A stretch of DNA of 54,608 nt, the filler included, from Catajapyx aquilonaris (Eukaryota), in assembly GCA_000934665.2 (NCBI GenBank). It is 3 parts of 3 records of this genome, joined end to end, with 100 filler letters (N's around TTAATTAATTAA, not from the genome) between each part and the next. Parts side by side here need not be neighbours in the genome. Positions count along the whole stretch, not along the records: positions 1 to 18,131 come from JYFJ02006763.1; 2 more parts are not named here. One strand, given 5' to 3'. Below, one piece after another: positions 1 through 11,558 of this stretch. The translations under genes were made by a program, and so were the position numbers. Within the stretch, counting starts at the first letter, position 1; each line of letters begins with the position of its first letter. The notes beneath the pieces were generated by a model. The model worked only from the letters and a program-made list of their open reading frames with translations. It was not told the origin of the DNA and did no database searches.

Positions 1-734
1 CGCCAAGAACACGCGCGAATTTGAATTCGATATTGGAATGGGTAAGTAAATTGTTATTGCCGTGTATTGCCATGGCAGCCAAAACCATCAAAGATGGTGG
101 ACCCCCGCGGACCTTGACGGCCTGCCTGTACCCTATTTATACCTCGTTGGCGCACCACACACTTCAAGATGGCCGCCAGCCTTGGCAACGCCCTATAAAC
201 AGAGAGACGTAAAAATCGAATGTTTGCGCCTCTTATGTAGTATATGCTCCCTGATACAACGCAATATTTGCCAATGGCAATTCATCACTATTTCCATGTT
301 CCTTAGGACACTCATAATGACCATTTTGTCTGCGACTTGTTTTTGACCTAGTGGCAGTCAACCAAAATCCTCAAATATAGGTTTTTCCCAATCAAGTGGG
401 CCGAAATGCTGCTAGACCATCTCGGATTTTGCTGTAAAAAATTACAGCTGTACACACCTATGCCATAACACTGCATATGAAGTTTCAGCCACATTGCGAA
501 ATACTGTGATGAGGTGAAAAATCGCGAAACTTTGGAAATTTGGCCTTTTTTGGATAATTTTTTCGGTAAGTGGAAGTGGTCAAAACCCAATCAACATAAT
601 ATGGTGTGTTCAAATGAAACATAAAGTGAGGCAATATCTCAGGAGCTATTTGTGTCAGCGGAGCACTTGCATGGCTAATTTTCATGTACAGAGTAGTTAG
701 TAGTCAGTATGCATGTAGTGGGCAGGAGAGCATT

Positions 735-913
735 CTGTGCAGTTATCCAGACATATCAGGAACACATGTTAAGTGGTAGTCGTCAGACGTTAGCCAGCTC
801 AATTTGCTATGCCTTATGTATTAGCGCTATGTATTATAACGAGAGATGCCCCCCACAAAAAAGGGCCCTGCCCTGATATCAGGGTAAGTAAATAAATAAA
901 TAAAATAAATGAA
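735..913 (+). mobile_element. 5'-truncated retroposon (3' end related to the LINE at 6603-11388)
   Basis: 19-bp TSD TAGTGGGCAGGAGAGCATT at 716-734 and 914-932. The 3' end CCCCCC...AAAAGGGCCCTGCCCT...GGGTAA plus (TAAA)n resembles the LINE 3' end at 11321-11388. Confidence 0.8.
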
Positions 914-1377
914 TAGTGGGCAGGAGAGCATTTTATGCAAGTCTCCCAGGGCTATGAATTCGTCCAAACAAGCACAACTCGCCATCATCCTTTTTCCTCA
1001 TCAAGGAAGGAACTCCACCAGTGGAGATTGTCCATTGGATGCAGAAGGTGAATAGGAATGTCTGTTTCAACCACAAGACTCTTCAAAAGGTATAGGGAAT
1101 TTCTGTCCAGACATGTGTGCATGGAGGACCTTTCATGAGAACATTTCCTTAGTGGTTTTCTGCCCCAATCTGTCCACCAAGGTGTTGTGGTTGAAGCAGG
1201 CTTTCCCACACGCCCTCGGCATCCAATGGACAATGTCCACTGGTGACGTACCTTCCTTGACGAGGAAAAGGGATGATGCTGAATTGTGCCTGCTTGGACA
1301 AATCCATAGCCCTGGGTGACTTGCATAAAATGTTCTCCTTCCCACTACATGCATACTGACTACTCTGCATGAAAATT

Positions 1378-1624
1378 GAGGCGCTCAGAGGAAGAACGGC
1401 ATATCCCAACCAACCTCCAATTTTGAGTTTGTAGTGCTGTTGTACTCTCCTGCCATCTACCTTTCATGTGCTGAAGTACCAAATTAATTGGGACCTGTCT
1501 AAGCTCACATATTCTACTTGTAAAACTTGTCCATAGCTTTAGCTGCATGGTAAAGCAAAATACAAAGCCACTTTTCTCACAACGAACTCCGGTTGGGATA
1601 TGCCGTTCTTCCTCTGAGCGCCTC
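1378..1624. mobile_element. MITE with perfect 34-bp TIRs and AATT TSD (Sola-like termini)
   Basis: GAGGCGCTCAGAGGAAGAACGGCATATCCCAACC at 1378 and its exact reverse complement ending at 1624; AATT at 1374-1377 and 1625-1628. GAG..CTC ends with a 4-bp TSD match Sola; the superfamily is inferred. Confidence 0.8.
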
Positions 1625-1683
1625 AATTAGCCATAAGTTTATTTTTGTTGCATAGTGTTACTATTATTTTAAAATTTACTCAC

Positions 1684-3717
1684 CTCACGCATATCCAGTG
1701 TTTGGCATGCAGACTGACCCAGCCGGAGATCAGATGCCACTTCCATCTGGGACAGTTTCAATCTCTTCATCTTCCTGTATTCATTAGGTGACAGCAGTCT
1801 CTTCAGTGAATCCTCCTTCTGTTTTAGCTTGTTGCGGACCTCTGACGTGTGGCCCAATCCGGTCCTATCTGACTTGACCTCAACTGGTATGGGTTGCTTG
1901 CTTGAACTTCCTTCCCCTTGACCTTCGTGTTTCTTCCCAATGGCTTCCCCTGGCTTGTAGCCCATCTTGGTGAGCATGGCAAACCCTTTGTTGTCACTTG
2001 TAAGGGCAGAGGACATCCCCTCCTCCCTCCTCTCAGCCTCCAGGATTCGCAGGGGTTTGAAGCGCTGGCGGTTCAGCTCATTCATCACTTGGCGATGCTT
2101 GTATTGGTCATGAGTACGCTGCTCCTGACGGCGATGGAGCAGGCCTGGTCTCACATCGTCGGACACACTGAAAGGTTTATGAGAATGTGTTAATAATGTA
2201 TTTAATAATGTGTGCCTATAATACAGGGCATTCTCAGTACTCCAGGCATAAGGCAGGTCCCACCCACCACCTTATCTTAATACCACCCGCTCCACTGTAA
2301 TTTCTTCCAAGTAAGGGAAAAATTGTGGAATAGAACCCCACACCCTTTGTTCCCCATGAGTCAGTGACCATTTGCTGTGAGGACTTATGCTCCTATAAAT
2401 CAATATTCAGAACTATTTGATAAAATGAAAACTTCTCACATTCTCTGCTAGCAAAGTCGATTCTTAGTGTGCTCACATTTATACGCCTCTTATTATAGTG
2501 ATTTGTCCCCCCCCCCCTCCCCCCACCCCATGCAAAGCATTTGCAGACATTGAACAGTTGTTAAAATTTAAATACCTAACATTCTTAATAAGTGTCTGAT
2601 GATTTACAAGGAAAGACATCGCAAATATGACACCACTTTACAGTAGCTCACTGGAGCCCCTGAAGTATCCTGGCCTTCTGGTTACCCCAGATATGTGCAC
2701 AAAAATATGAAAGAAAACCTGGCCACAGTTGCATACTTCTGGCAATCGCAGAGTTGGATTCGAATCCATTCCTGCGATGGAACATCATCAATCCTTCAAA
2801 ACTCATGTCGCACAGTGATTACCAAACATTGACAAAATTTAGTGCATAATGCCTTCTGGTGGTGAATTTACCATTGCAATTGGCTGCTCTGCCTGGTGGC
2901 ATGAAGGAAATCCTATTTCCCACCCAGACAAGTGTGGGGGAGTGAGACCTTTTAGCTTGGCGATATGTAAATTCTTGCACCTCATTAGCCCACCAAGTTG
3001 GCGAGCCAGTGGGACTTTTGTCACATCTCAGGAAGTGTGGTGATCTTGAGCTTGTGAAAGCACCTTTGCACGTATTAAACCCAAACAGTCTGCCTACCCT
3101 TTGAAATTGCATGATTGCAACTTTCAGAATTACACTGGTTGAATTTAAAATAACCGCAGCTTGGTGGTCTAGTGGTTATGCCGCTGGCCAGCGAAGCGGG
3201 AGGCCAGGGTTCAAATCCCGTCCCCGTCACCTCTGCTTGGCCGGGTCTTTTGCCGCTTTTCTCCCCACATGCCGGAGCAGAATTGCTCGGGGCCAAGAGA
3301 AAAGGCCTGGTGTTAAAGAATGTAAGAAATGGCTATTGCATGGCGCCCTCCCTTGGGAACTTCCCCTTCCCCCCTAAGAGAGCCACGAGCTCTATCACGG
3401 GGTAACAAAAAAAAATTAAATTAACCCTGTTCAAGTCCAATATTTCATGCAGTCTCTACTCATAACTTGACGTTCATAGAGTAGGCCAGTGTAGCACGTA
3501 CACCCTCAGATTGGAAAATGCAAGGCTTTATTTTTACATCAGCTTAACCTGTATTGCCATTACACTGCCCCTCATACTACAACGCGGTCCATAAAGTAAC
3601 AGACCTGTTGGTTACTAGCTATACACTTTAGTTTCTCACAAACCACTTGTTTCTAGCTGCATGATCTTACCACTCCTTCAAAAAATCGTCTGACATGTAG
3701 TCCGGTTCTTCAGCCAT
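1684..3717 (-). CDS. GPATCH11: G-patch domain-containing protein 11, first two coding exons (3717-3671, 2167-1684); 3' exons not found in this contig
   Basis: Exon 1 reads MAEEPDYMSDDFLKEC (GTAAGA donor, phase 2) and joins in frame to VSDDVRPGL...NKGFAMLTKMGYKPGEAIGK...PIPVEVKSDRTGLG...DLRLGQSACQTLD (CAG acceptor, GTGAGT donor). This matches the GPATCH11 motifs DYMSD, DIRPGL, the G-patch and DLRRSQRACQQLD. Confidence 0.9.
3156..3412 (+). mobile_element. tRNA-derived SINE
   Basis: A box TGGTCTAGTGG, B box GGTTCAAATCC, 3' CCCC...GGGGTAA stem-loop and A tail. Imperfect 14-bp TSD (3142-3155 vs 3413-3426, 12/14 matches). Confidence 0.85.
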
Positions 3718-3820
3718 GGCTCCCCTGCCGCACGCAGCACTCACACGACAGGCCTGTACAGAACGAATTAGCCAGAAATCAGGTTCAGCCCAGAAAAAGC
3801 ACTCTCCTGTTCGAAAATTG

Positions 3821-3832
3821 ACGCCATCTTGA
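3821..3832 (-). promoter_or_regulatory. YY1/Pho-type motif near the probable GPATCH11 transcription start
   Basis: CAAGATGGCGTC on the minus strand, ~105 bp upstream of the ATG in a CpG-containing stretch. Function is inferred. Confidence 0.4.
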
Positions 3833-4597
3833 ATACAGCTATCGGTAGGCGGAGATCAGGATGACCTTCCGATTTCTTTAAAAATTAAAGAATATATCCG
3901 GTTTATATGTGTTACATATTTATTTTAATTGAAGTAAAGTCAAATGAGAGGTAAATAATGCATAATGGATCCAATACATGAAGCTGGCCTCCTTGCTCGT
4001 TGCTGGTATGGTGGATTGGTTGGTGGCAAGCATGGTGGCAAGATTGGTTGGTGGCAACCGTTGGTGGGCACTGGCACGTGGGCACGGACGGGCAGGGGCA
4101 GATAGGTGGATCTGATGCCCCCACCTGAAGCTATTTTTTTTGCAAACGTCGCCAACCCCCAGGGTAATTTGGGGGTTTGGAATTTAATGCCTGGAGTGGA
4201 TTTCCAGGGACTGGGGGTTGTATCGGTCACACTTCGGGGACAAAGGCTGCAGGTGGGCATGTGGGAGGGCGAGCGCCACGTGGGTTTTATACAACCGCAG
4301 GACTTATGCTTCTATTTTACAGATGTGCATTGCATAAATCTATGGTCAGCCTTCCATGGAAAGTGGCATTTGCTCTCCACCGAGAGCCTGCATCTCAGCC
4401 TTGCTGGTGTTGATGTAATGGCCACATCTGTGATGTCTGAGATGACGGGTAAGTTTTCATCCTGTTCAGAGTGGAAGATGCGTGGTGAAGTAAATATTCC
4501 TGCCTAGCCTACAATGATTATTTTCAAGATGATTGATTTCGATTGATTTACATGGGAGACAACAACTGATTCGTCTGGATCCTTGATAATGTTTTAG

Positions 4598-5234
4598 CCC
4601 TTAACTTTTTGGACCCCACAATGTAGTTAATACCATCGCGATTAATAAATTTGATATGAAATGAAAAATGGCAGTCCTATATTCCTCAGACATACTTTCT
4701 TCGATCCAATGCAAAATTTTGACATAAGTAGATTTTTTTTTGGACGAGTTACCAGTACTTTGATGCGGCAAAGTGTCCCTGTGGGGTCCAGATATACCCC
4801 ACGTCGTAGCCAATGTACATAATTTTTTAGAGAACACACCACAGCGCATCACAGCAAATTGTATTTTATAAAGTGTGAATCATGGTGTGAAGGTTGTTAT
4901 CCAGCAATAAATATTACCCGAAACTAAAATCTTGCTTTCCAACTGGGGCACCTGCAGCTGGGAATGTTTTACGTTATAAGCCATTACTTACGGCATCCAG
5001 CTGGAAGGCTACGAAGCTGCGATAACAGAGTCTCAAGTCCCTTATGACTAAACTAATGGTCACAGGAGATCGATTTTTTTACACATACAGATGAGAATAC
5101 AGGCCAAATTTAGCGGGGAAGAATGGCTTTAGTGCTATTAAGTCAGATTTAAAAAAAAAATTAAAACCACGTGGGGTCCTTAAAGACCCCACGTCATAGC
5201 CAATGTATGGCAGATTCATGTTGGTGGTTAAGGG
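4598..5234. mobile_element. piggyBac-type non-autonomous element
   Basis: CCCTTAAC...GTTAAGGG termini with TTAG/TTAA flanks; internal repeated ACCCCACGTCRTAGCCAATGTA (~4796 and ~5186). Confidence 0.6.
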
Positions 5235-6670
5235 TTAAATCCTTTTTTGCCATGACAAATATCCAGGTTTTGGGGAGCTGAACTAACTTATATCCCAGTC
5301 TGTTGTATGACTCAACCATTTTTTAGAGCTGAAAAATACAAGGAGAGAGGGTAGGTTAACATGATCCAAGCTGGTGGAAGGTTTGATAACATCACCACCA
5401 TTATAATAATCACCTCAGATTTCATTCGAGACGCGATTTTTTTTCTAACGGCCGCACTGTCGTGCAGCCTGTTGTTTCATGCAAAACTCACCCTATCCTA
5501 GCAGTATAACCACCATAGTCTTTGGAACCGTCCGCGAAGTAGCCACGGCTACTGACAATGCCCAAACATCGGAAACGCTCATAGAGCTGGGGAAAACAGG
5601 AACGTGTTCTGGACCTCTGGTCGTTTCTAAAGGGCCAAAACGCGACTTTTGTGTAGTTGCTGGGTTTAATTTACCACTATGCAAAGTGGGAAGTTTCCCT
5701 GCATATTCGTTTTTTGTAGGCTTTGTAGGTCACTTTTTTGCCGGTCGGGATGGAATGGGGGATCTGAAACTACGGAAAGTGGCGGTGGCGGGCTAGACTA
5801 TGGGGTTGGATGGATATGTGTATGTTTGTTCCCTTCTCTATGCAAATGAATATGAAGCACCCTAGAAATATGTGAAATGTTGGTATGCTAGGGGTCAATG
5901 GGAAAGGTCACAGGCTTTTCAGATTTGACCTCATCTTTGTGTTGGTGGCATACGAATTACCATATGTGTGGCCTTGGAGTGACTGCACTGATACTGTACG
6001 TCTTTGTGCCATAGCTGCCAAGCACGACGCATTTCCTGGTGATATAAGTAGAGTCCGGATTTTTAGGCACGAAAAAACCTAAAATAGGCACAATCACCTG
6101 GCCATCTCGTACAACCAGTATAATGAATCCTCTGGTGACTGGTCAGGCTAAACCCAACATGACTAAACCCTATAATTAAAAATTAAGCTCTTCAAGAAAA
6201 CGATTTGTACTCCAGATGAAAGTCTGGAGTGCAAACTTTACACTTGGACAAAGAATTTAAGATTTGACCCCTGCCTTTGGATTATCGACTGTGGACCATA
6301 TTGGAGGAGAGAGGGGAGACGGAGTGGTGCTGCGGTAACGTATGCGCCCACGGATGTTAAGGTCCCGGGTTCGATCCCAGCCCGGGGACACCCCCTTCAT
6401 CTCGTGCAGAGTTCATTGGGTCACCTCTGGCTTCGTTTCGGGTGGTATTTCCTACAGACTAAACCACCCGGGGGAGTTCACTAAAAATGGCCACATAAGG
6501 ACATTGCACTGCACCTTGCACATACCCTCCTGTCATCCTGCCCATGGACCCGGGCGTTACGTATAAAGGTTCCAATGTATGTATGAGTATAAAATAAAGG
6601 TCCGTGCACACACGCGCATCGTCCTTCAAGCTAACAGGACGTGCTTTTTGCCGCTCCGGCCGCTATCACT

Positions 6671-7615
6671 ATGGCCACACTGTCCCAGATACGGGAGCTG
6701 CTGAACGAAATGGAAGGGAGGCTGTCAGCCAAACTTTCATCGGTGGCGGAGCAGCTCGAAGCAAAATGGACCCTAGGCATCCAGGAAGTGAAAGCCGAAT
6801 TGCTGTTGACATCTGAAAGGCAAGTCGCAATGTCCAGGGAGCTCCAGAACACGTCGTCCCAGGTGAAAGCCCTATCGGACCAGCTGGAGGCCCTGCAGAA
6901 TCACACCCGCCGCGACAATTTGGTGTTTTACGGCATCCAAGAAGATCCAAATGCAGAGGAGAGGTGGGTGGACTCGGAGGGCAAGGTCCGAGAAGTGATA
7001 AGGCAGTTCAAATTAATGGGCGACCCGGGCAAATTAGAGATTGAACGGGCGCATCGTGTTGGGCGTCAAAGAGGGCAGCGCCCCATTCTGGTGAAGTTCC
7101 TGAGGTTCAAGGACAAACAGGAGGTCCTATACAACGCCAGGAATCTGCGTACATCACGTCTGACCTTGAGTGAGGACTTCTCCCCGGCAACAAGGAACCT
7201 ACGACGCAAGCTTCTACCATTCCTTCACGACGCTCGAGGCCAGAATTGCAAGGCACACCTGAAAATCAATAAGCTGATGATTGACGGAGTTGCCTATCAA
7301 CTGAACGAGGATGAGACTGGAGTCGTGGAGTCTCGCAGTGTAGGTCACCGCCATGCCTCTACCCAGCCACCACCAGGAGCAGTTGGAGCCCCACCAGGCC
7401 AAGGGCCCGTAACACACCATCCAGCTACCAAGAGGGATGCGTCTACACGCTTACCCCTGGACCTCCCGGCCCAAAAGAAACCTACAGGACAGGAGTATGG
7501 CGATCGACAAGGAAACGGCGGAGGACCGGGGTACGCTTCACCGGAGGAGGAGGAGGCCGTGGACGTGGATTCGTCACCAACAACCTCACGGAACCAGCCT
7601 GATACACTAGAATGA
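6671..7615 (+). CDS. LINE ORF1 protein (coiled coil plus L1/Transposase_22-like RRM-CTD)
   Basis: First ATG at 6671. Heptad-rich N-terminus followed by RRDNLVFYGIQE, IERAHRVG, RPILVKF, SEDFS and KLMIDG motifs typical of L1-type ORF1p. Confidence 0.88.
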   Translation: MATLSQIRELLNEMEGRLSAKLSSVAEQLEAKWTLGIQEVKAELLLTSERQVAMSRELQNTSSQVKALSDQLEALQNHTRRDNLVFYGIQEDPNAEERWVDSEGKVREVIRQFKLMGDPGKLEIERAHRVGRQRGQRPILVKFLRFKDKQEVLYNARNLRTSRLTLSEDFSPATRNLRRKLLPFLHDARGQNCKAHLKINKLMIDGVAYQLNEDETGVVESRSVGHRHASTQPPPGAVGAPPGQGPVTHHPATKRDASTRLPLDLPAQKKPTGQEYGDRQGNGGGPGYASPEEEEAVDVDSSPTTSRNQPDTLE

Positions 7616-7882
7616 AATGTGGATCGGGGCACAACAAGTTCTCAAAGCCCCCAACGACCCCTGTGTGCAACTCGCCCCCCTTACCACAACCATTCCCCAG
7701 ACCAAGTCATCCCTAATCAGTTAGAAAACCCTGGAGTTGGCGGTCAAGGTCACGGGAGTGGAGGTGACACAGTGAAGTTGGTGCACGAAAATGTTGCCGG
7801 CGAGTCGGAGGTTCCAAGTGTAATTAGTTCATTAGTGTTATTTGGGAGCCGTGGTCATCCCGAAGTAGCTACAAGTTACCCC

Positions 7883-10800
7883 ATGCCGCATCAACTGACC
7901 ACACCGACAACACCGGCGGTACATCACTCCAGAGGTGCAATAACAGAAACAAATTATGTAGTGTCGTGGAATATAGCAGGCGGAGTGAAGGAGGCGATAG
8001 CAGAGGCAGTATCACTAGCGCCCGATCCCCTTGTTGTGGGGCTCATAGAGACCTGGGCGCAGAAAGAAATAGTAACTTTGCTTGCACCCCCCAGATATGC
8101 TTTATTTCACAGTCATGCAGTGAGGCGATTTACAATGGGCCGCCCTTCTGGAGGCCTTTCGTTATACGTTAAATCTGCTTGTGACCCTCAGTTACTAAAA
8201 ACGGACTCCCACTTTGTAGCGATTAAGATGTCATGGCCGCTTATGCATACCCCTGTACTGTTAATATTAGTATACATGTTGCCCTCCCAAAACTTTGATG
8301 ATATGTTAACCTCACTATCTGAAGTGATATTTGCTCACGGGTCGGAAGAAACGGGCATCGTAATGATGGGAGATTTTAACGCCCGCATTGCAAATGAGGC
8401 AGTTAAGCTGAACTCAGGAGTCGTACTTTCATCTATAGATGATGGGGTTGCTTTCGACCCAATTATTAATATGAATGGCAAAAGGGTACTAAAATTCTTG
8501 GAGAACTTTCACCTGTGTATTTTGAATGGTGCCCGGCCTTCTGATACTCCCAGTCACTTCACTTTTGTCGGGCATCAAGGCCACAGCACGATTGATTACA
8601 TGTTTGTAACTTCGGACATTTTGGCGTGTTGCCAGGATTTCACAGTCGCCAGTTCTATTCTCTCGGACCACCTCCCCATTTGCGGCTCTTTTAGAGCAGC
8701 TTATGTTGAGGTTCAGTCCGATTTCCCACCCAGAAAGCGGCTAACAATTCCTGAAGGAGGATTTGAATTTTTGATCCCAGAAGTTGAGTCTCGCTTGAAG
8801 GACCAGGCTGGGTCATGCCACCCACTTGCGGAACAGATTAGAGTATACCAAGATGAAGTCACGAGCTTATTGACAGAATACGGTTTCCTTTTTACGCCGA
8901 CCTCGATCTCCCCCCACCACTTGAGAAAATCATGCCCTCCATGGTTCGACACGGCCCTGGTGGACTCTAAACGTGAGTTGGGAAAGAAACTAGGGGTTTG
9001 GAAGAACTCAGGTACAGATGAGGACAGAGTAGCGTTCACCTCGGCTCGAAAGGCATACCGTGGCGAGTGTACCGCAAAAAAGAGGCGATACTTTGGCACA
9101 TCGTTAAATGAGCTACTGCATTCCCCCGACTCTAAGATTTTTTGGAACACGGTAAAAAAATTTAAACCCTCGGCTGCAAGACAGGCTTTAGATTTACCGA
9201 CCTGGTGGAATCATCTCACTTCTCTGTTACTGCGAGACCCAAGGGAGATGCCTCTGAACCTGGCACCCGATATAGGCCTTATGTCAACGGACCCCATTTT
9301 GGACTCACCAATAACTTTAGAAGAATTGAATGTATCATGCGGACGACTCAAGGTTAATTCGTCCCCCGGACCGGACTTGATTCCCAATGCGTTTTTGAAA
9401 CTTCAATCAGCCACCCTGCGACAAGTTTTACTACAAATGTTTAACAGTTGTGTCAAGGACAAGAGAGTCCCCAATACATGGGCCCAAGCTAGAGTAGTAC
9501 CAATTTACATAGCGGGGGACCCGAAGGACCCGGCCAACTTTAGGCCCATTTCTTTGGTGAACAATATACTCAAGCTCTTTACATCAATACTTACATCGCG
9601 ACTGAGCAAATGGTTGGACAAAAATAACATACTGTCGGAGACGCAGGCGGGCTTTAGAAAAGGGAGGGGTTGCCTCGACCACCTGCTCACTTTCACCATG
9701 CTTATACAACGATACCAGGCTAAACCAAAGGGTAGGCTCCTTGCTGTCTTTATAGATCTGTCCAAGGCCTTTGATTCAGTACCCCATTCGAAACTTTTCG
9801 AGAAGATGGCGCGCCTTGGGGTTAGCCCAGCATTTATTGAGCTAATTAGGGATTTTTATACGAATTTCGAAATGATTGCAGATCACGACAAATCGCTTAC
9901 ACTAAATTCAACAGTTGGGCTACCCCAGGGGGAGTCACTCAGCCCGATCCTATTTAACCTTTACCTTTCCGACTTGGAAGATTACATCAAAAGCTGGGGC
10001 GCTCCGGGGGTAAACTTCGGACCGAACTCAATGGAATTAACGACGTTGTCATACGCTGACGACATTATTTTGATGGCAGATAACCCGCTTTACCTCCAAA
10101 GAAATCTTAGAACTCTTGAGGAATATTTTAGGGACAACCATCTCGTGATTAACCTGAAGAAAACAAATGTAATATACTTCAAAAAGGCGGGAAGATGTCC
10201 GAAGCATACCTTCTATTGGGACGGACGTCCCTTGAGCTGGTCTCAGACCTATACCTACCTAGGGGTGAACTTCACGTCGACCGGAAAATTCTCAAGCGCA
10301 AGTAAACAATCTAAAAATAAGGCCATAGCTGCAATTAACAGTCTGTGGCCGTTATTACTGAGGTTAAAGGTGAGGGATATAGCCACAGCCATTAAGCTTT
10401 TCAATTCACAAATTGTCCCGATTTTACTGTATGGATCCCAGATATGGGGCCCTACGCAGATGGGAGTAATAGATCAGGTGCAAAATTACTTTTGCAAAAA
10501 GTTTTTGGGACTACCGCGGAACACGGCCCAGTATTTCCTACACCTTGAATTGGGAGTCCCCCCCCTGTCACTAGTATTCTTTAAGCTCCTTTGTAAGTTC
10601 GTAATTAAAATGTATAAACTGCCGGAAGACAGACTGCCAAAAATAGCATTACGCTCAGCCTTAGGTGAGGCAGAGGGAAAAAGTCAACATGTTAACTGGG
10701 TATCATGGGTACGAGATATATTGGAGCAAGTAGGGATCAGGGATTGGGACCTGTTGGATTTTTCAGTGCCAACAGCGACCCAAAAGTTCTCCGACAACTT

Positions 10801-11215
10801 ATTGGCCAAGAGTGAACAAGCCCTAGCCGTCACCACACGCTATGCCTTTTACCGGGAACTGCGACCTACCAATACGCCAGCGCACTACCTAGCCTTCCTC
10901 ACTCCGTTGAAAATCACTCGCCTGCTGGCCAACTTACGTCATCAATCCCAGAGCCTTTTCATTTTGGGCCGTAGGCTGATTTTTGAATACACGGAGGACT
11001 GCACTTGGTGTAACATCGCCGAACCATTCACCCCCCACCATATAATCTACACTTGTCCCTTTTTCCGTACCCCCAGACATGCATATCTGCACAGCTTGCC
11101 TACCTACCCTCCTGACCGTTTTCTGTTAATGCTGACCGACATAACCAAAGAACAATCCTTCAACCTGAATATTTTTTTTGAAAACGCAATCAAAAGAGTA
11201 GAAATGTGCGACTGA
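7883..11215 (+). CDS. LINE ORF2: APE endonuclease, reverse transcriptase and C-terminal CCHC finger (frame open from 7616; first ATG at 7883)
   Basis: APE motifs SWNIAG, ETW, GDFNA, STIDY, SDH; RT motifs SPGPD, FRPISL, QAGFR, DLSKAFD, PQGESLSP, YADD, YLG; C-terminal CTWC...H...C. Confidence 0.95.
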   Translation: MPHQLTTPTTPAVHHSRGAITETNYVVSWNIAGGVKEAIAEAVSLAPDPLVVGLIETWAQKEIVTLLAPPRYALFHSHAVRRFTMGRPSGGLSLYVKSACDPQLLKTDSHFVAIKMSWPLMHTPVLLILVYMLPSQNFDDMLTSLSEVIFAHGSEETGIVMMGDFNARIANEAVKLNSGVVLSSIDDGVAFDPIINMNGKRVLKFLENFHLCILNGARPSDTPSHFTFVGHQGHSTIDYMFVTSDILACCQDFTVASSILSDHLPICGSFRAAYVEVQSDFPPRKRLTIPEGGFEFLIPEVESRLKDQAGSCHPLAEQIRVYQDEVTSLLTEYGFLFTPTSISPHHLRKSCPPWFDTALVDSKRELGKKLGVWKNSGTDEDRVAFTSARKAYRGECTAKKRRYFGTSLNELLHSPDSKIFWNTVKKFKPSAARQALDLPTWWNHLTSLLLRDPREMPLNLAPDIGLMSTDPILDSPITLEELNVSCGRLKVNSSPGPDLIPNAFLKLQSATLRQVLLQMFNSCVKDKRVPNTWAQARVVPIYIAGDPKDPANFRPISLVNNILKLFTSILTSRLSKWLDKNNILSETQAGFRKGRGCLDHLLTFTMLIQRYQAKPKGRLLAVFIDLSKAFDSVPHSKLFEKMARLGVSPAFIELIRDFYTNFEMIADHDKSLTLNSTVGLPQGESLSPILFNLYLSDLEDYIKSWGAPGVNFGPNSMELTTLSYADDIILMADNPLYLQRNLRTLEEYFRDNHLVINLKKTNVIYFKKAGRCPKHTFYWDGRPLSWSQTYTYLGVNFTSTGKFSSASKQSKNKAIAAINSLWPLLLRLKVRDIATAIKLFNSQIVPILLYGSQIWGPTQMGVIDQVQNYFCKKFLGLPRNTAQYFLHLELGVPPLSLVFFKLLCKFVIKMYKLPEDRLPKIALRSALGEAEGKSQHVNWVSWVRDILEQVGIRDWDLLDFSVPTATQKFSDNLLAKSEQALAVTTRYAFYRELRPTNTPAHYLAFLTPLKITRLLANLRHQSQSLFILGRRLIFEYTEDCTWCNIAEPFTPHHIIYTCPFFRTPRHAYLHSLPTYPPDRFLLMLTDITKEQSFNLNIFFENAIKRVEMCD

Positions 11216-11438
11216 GAGATGGGCGAGTTTGGCCAACCAATTACGTGGATGTATCCGTACTTATGTAGAGGAAGTTCTGTTGTTTAGTAACGTATTCATG
11301 TATAAGCTATGGCGTTGTGTCCCCTTAAAAGGGCCCTGCCCTCCAATGGGGTAAAATAAATAAATAAAAATAAAAATAAAAATAAAATTAAAATAAAGGT
11401 CTGTGCTATATACCTCCGGTTGAGGTCAAGCATTACCC

Positions 11439-11439
<1 letters not shown>

Positions 11440-11494
<55 letters not shown>

Positions 11495-11495
11495 G

Positions 11496-11556
<61 letters not shown>
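11440..11556 (+). repeat. Compound microsatellite (GAT)18 then (TAT)n, forming the SINE tail
   Basis: Read directly; it lies just inside the right-hand TSD of the SINE. Confidence 0.95.

Positions 11557-11558
<2 letters not shown>

Larger units (their letters stand above)
666..1637. mobile_element. Degenerate foldback/palindromic non-autonomous element in a GPATCH11 intron, interrupted by two later insertions
   Basis: The left arm (~666-734 plus 933-1080) is the imperfect reverse complement of the right arm (~1180-1377 plus 1625-1637), e.g. TAGTCAGTATGCATGTAGTGGG vs CCCACTACATGCATACTGACTA. Confidence 0.75.
6603..11388 (+). mobile_element. Full-length, apparently intact non-LTR retrotransposon (RTE group, possibly RTEX-like)
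   Basis: 13-bp TSD TAAAATAAAGGTC at 6590-6602 and 11389-11401; two long uninterrupted ORFs; 3' stem-loop and (TAAAAA)n tail. The clade is inferred from post-RT motifs (LLYGSQIWG, LELG, CCHC) and is not firm. Confidence 0.93.

Noticed and set aside
3156..3230. tRNA-like sequences (also at 6314, 30635, 13128 and 43715)
   Set aside because: A/B boxes are followed by SINE bodies, tails and TSDs, with no convincing cloverleaf; these are SINE heads.
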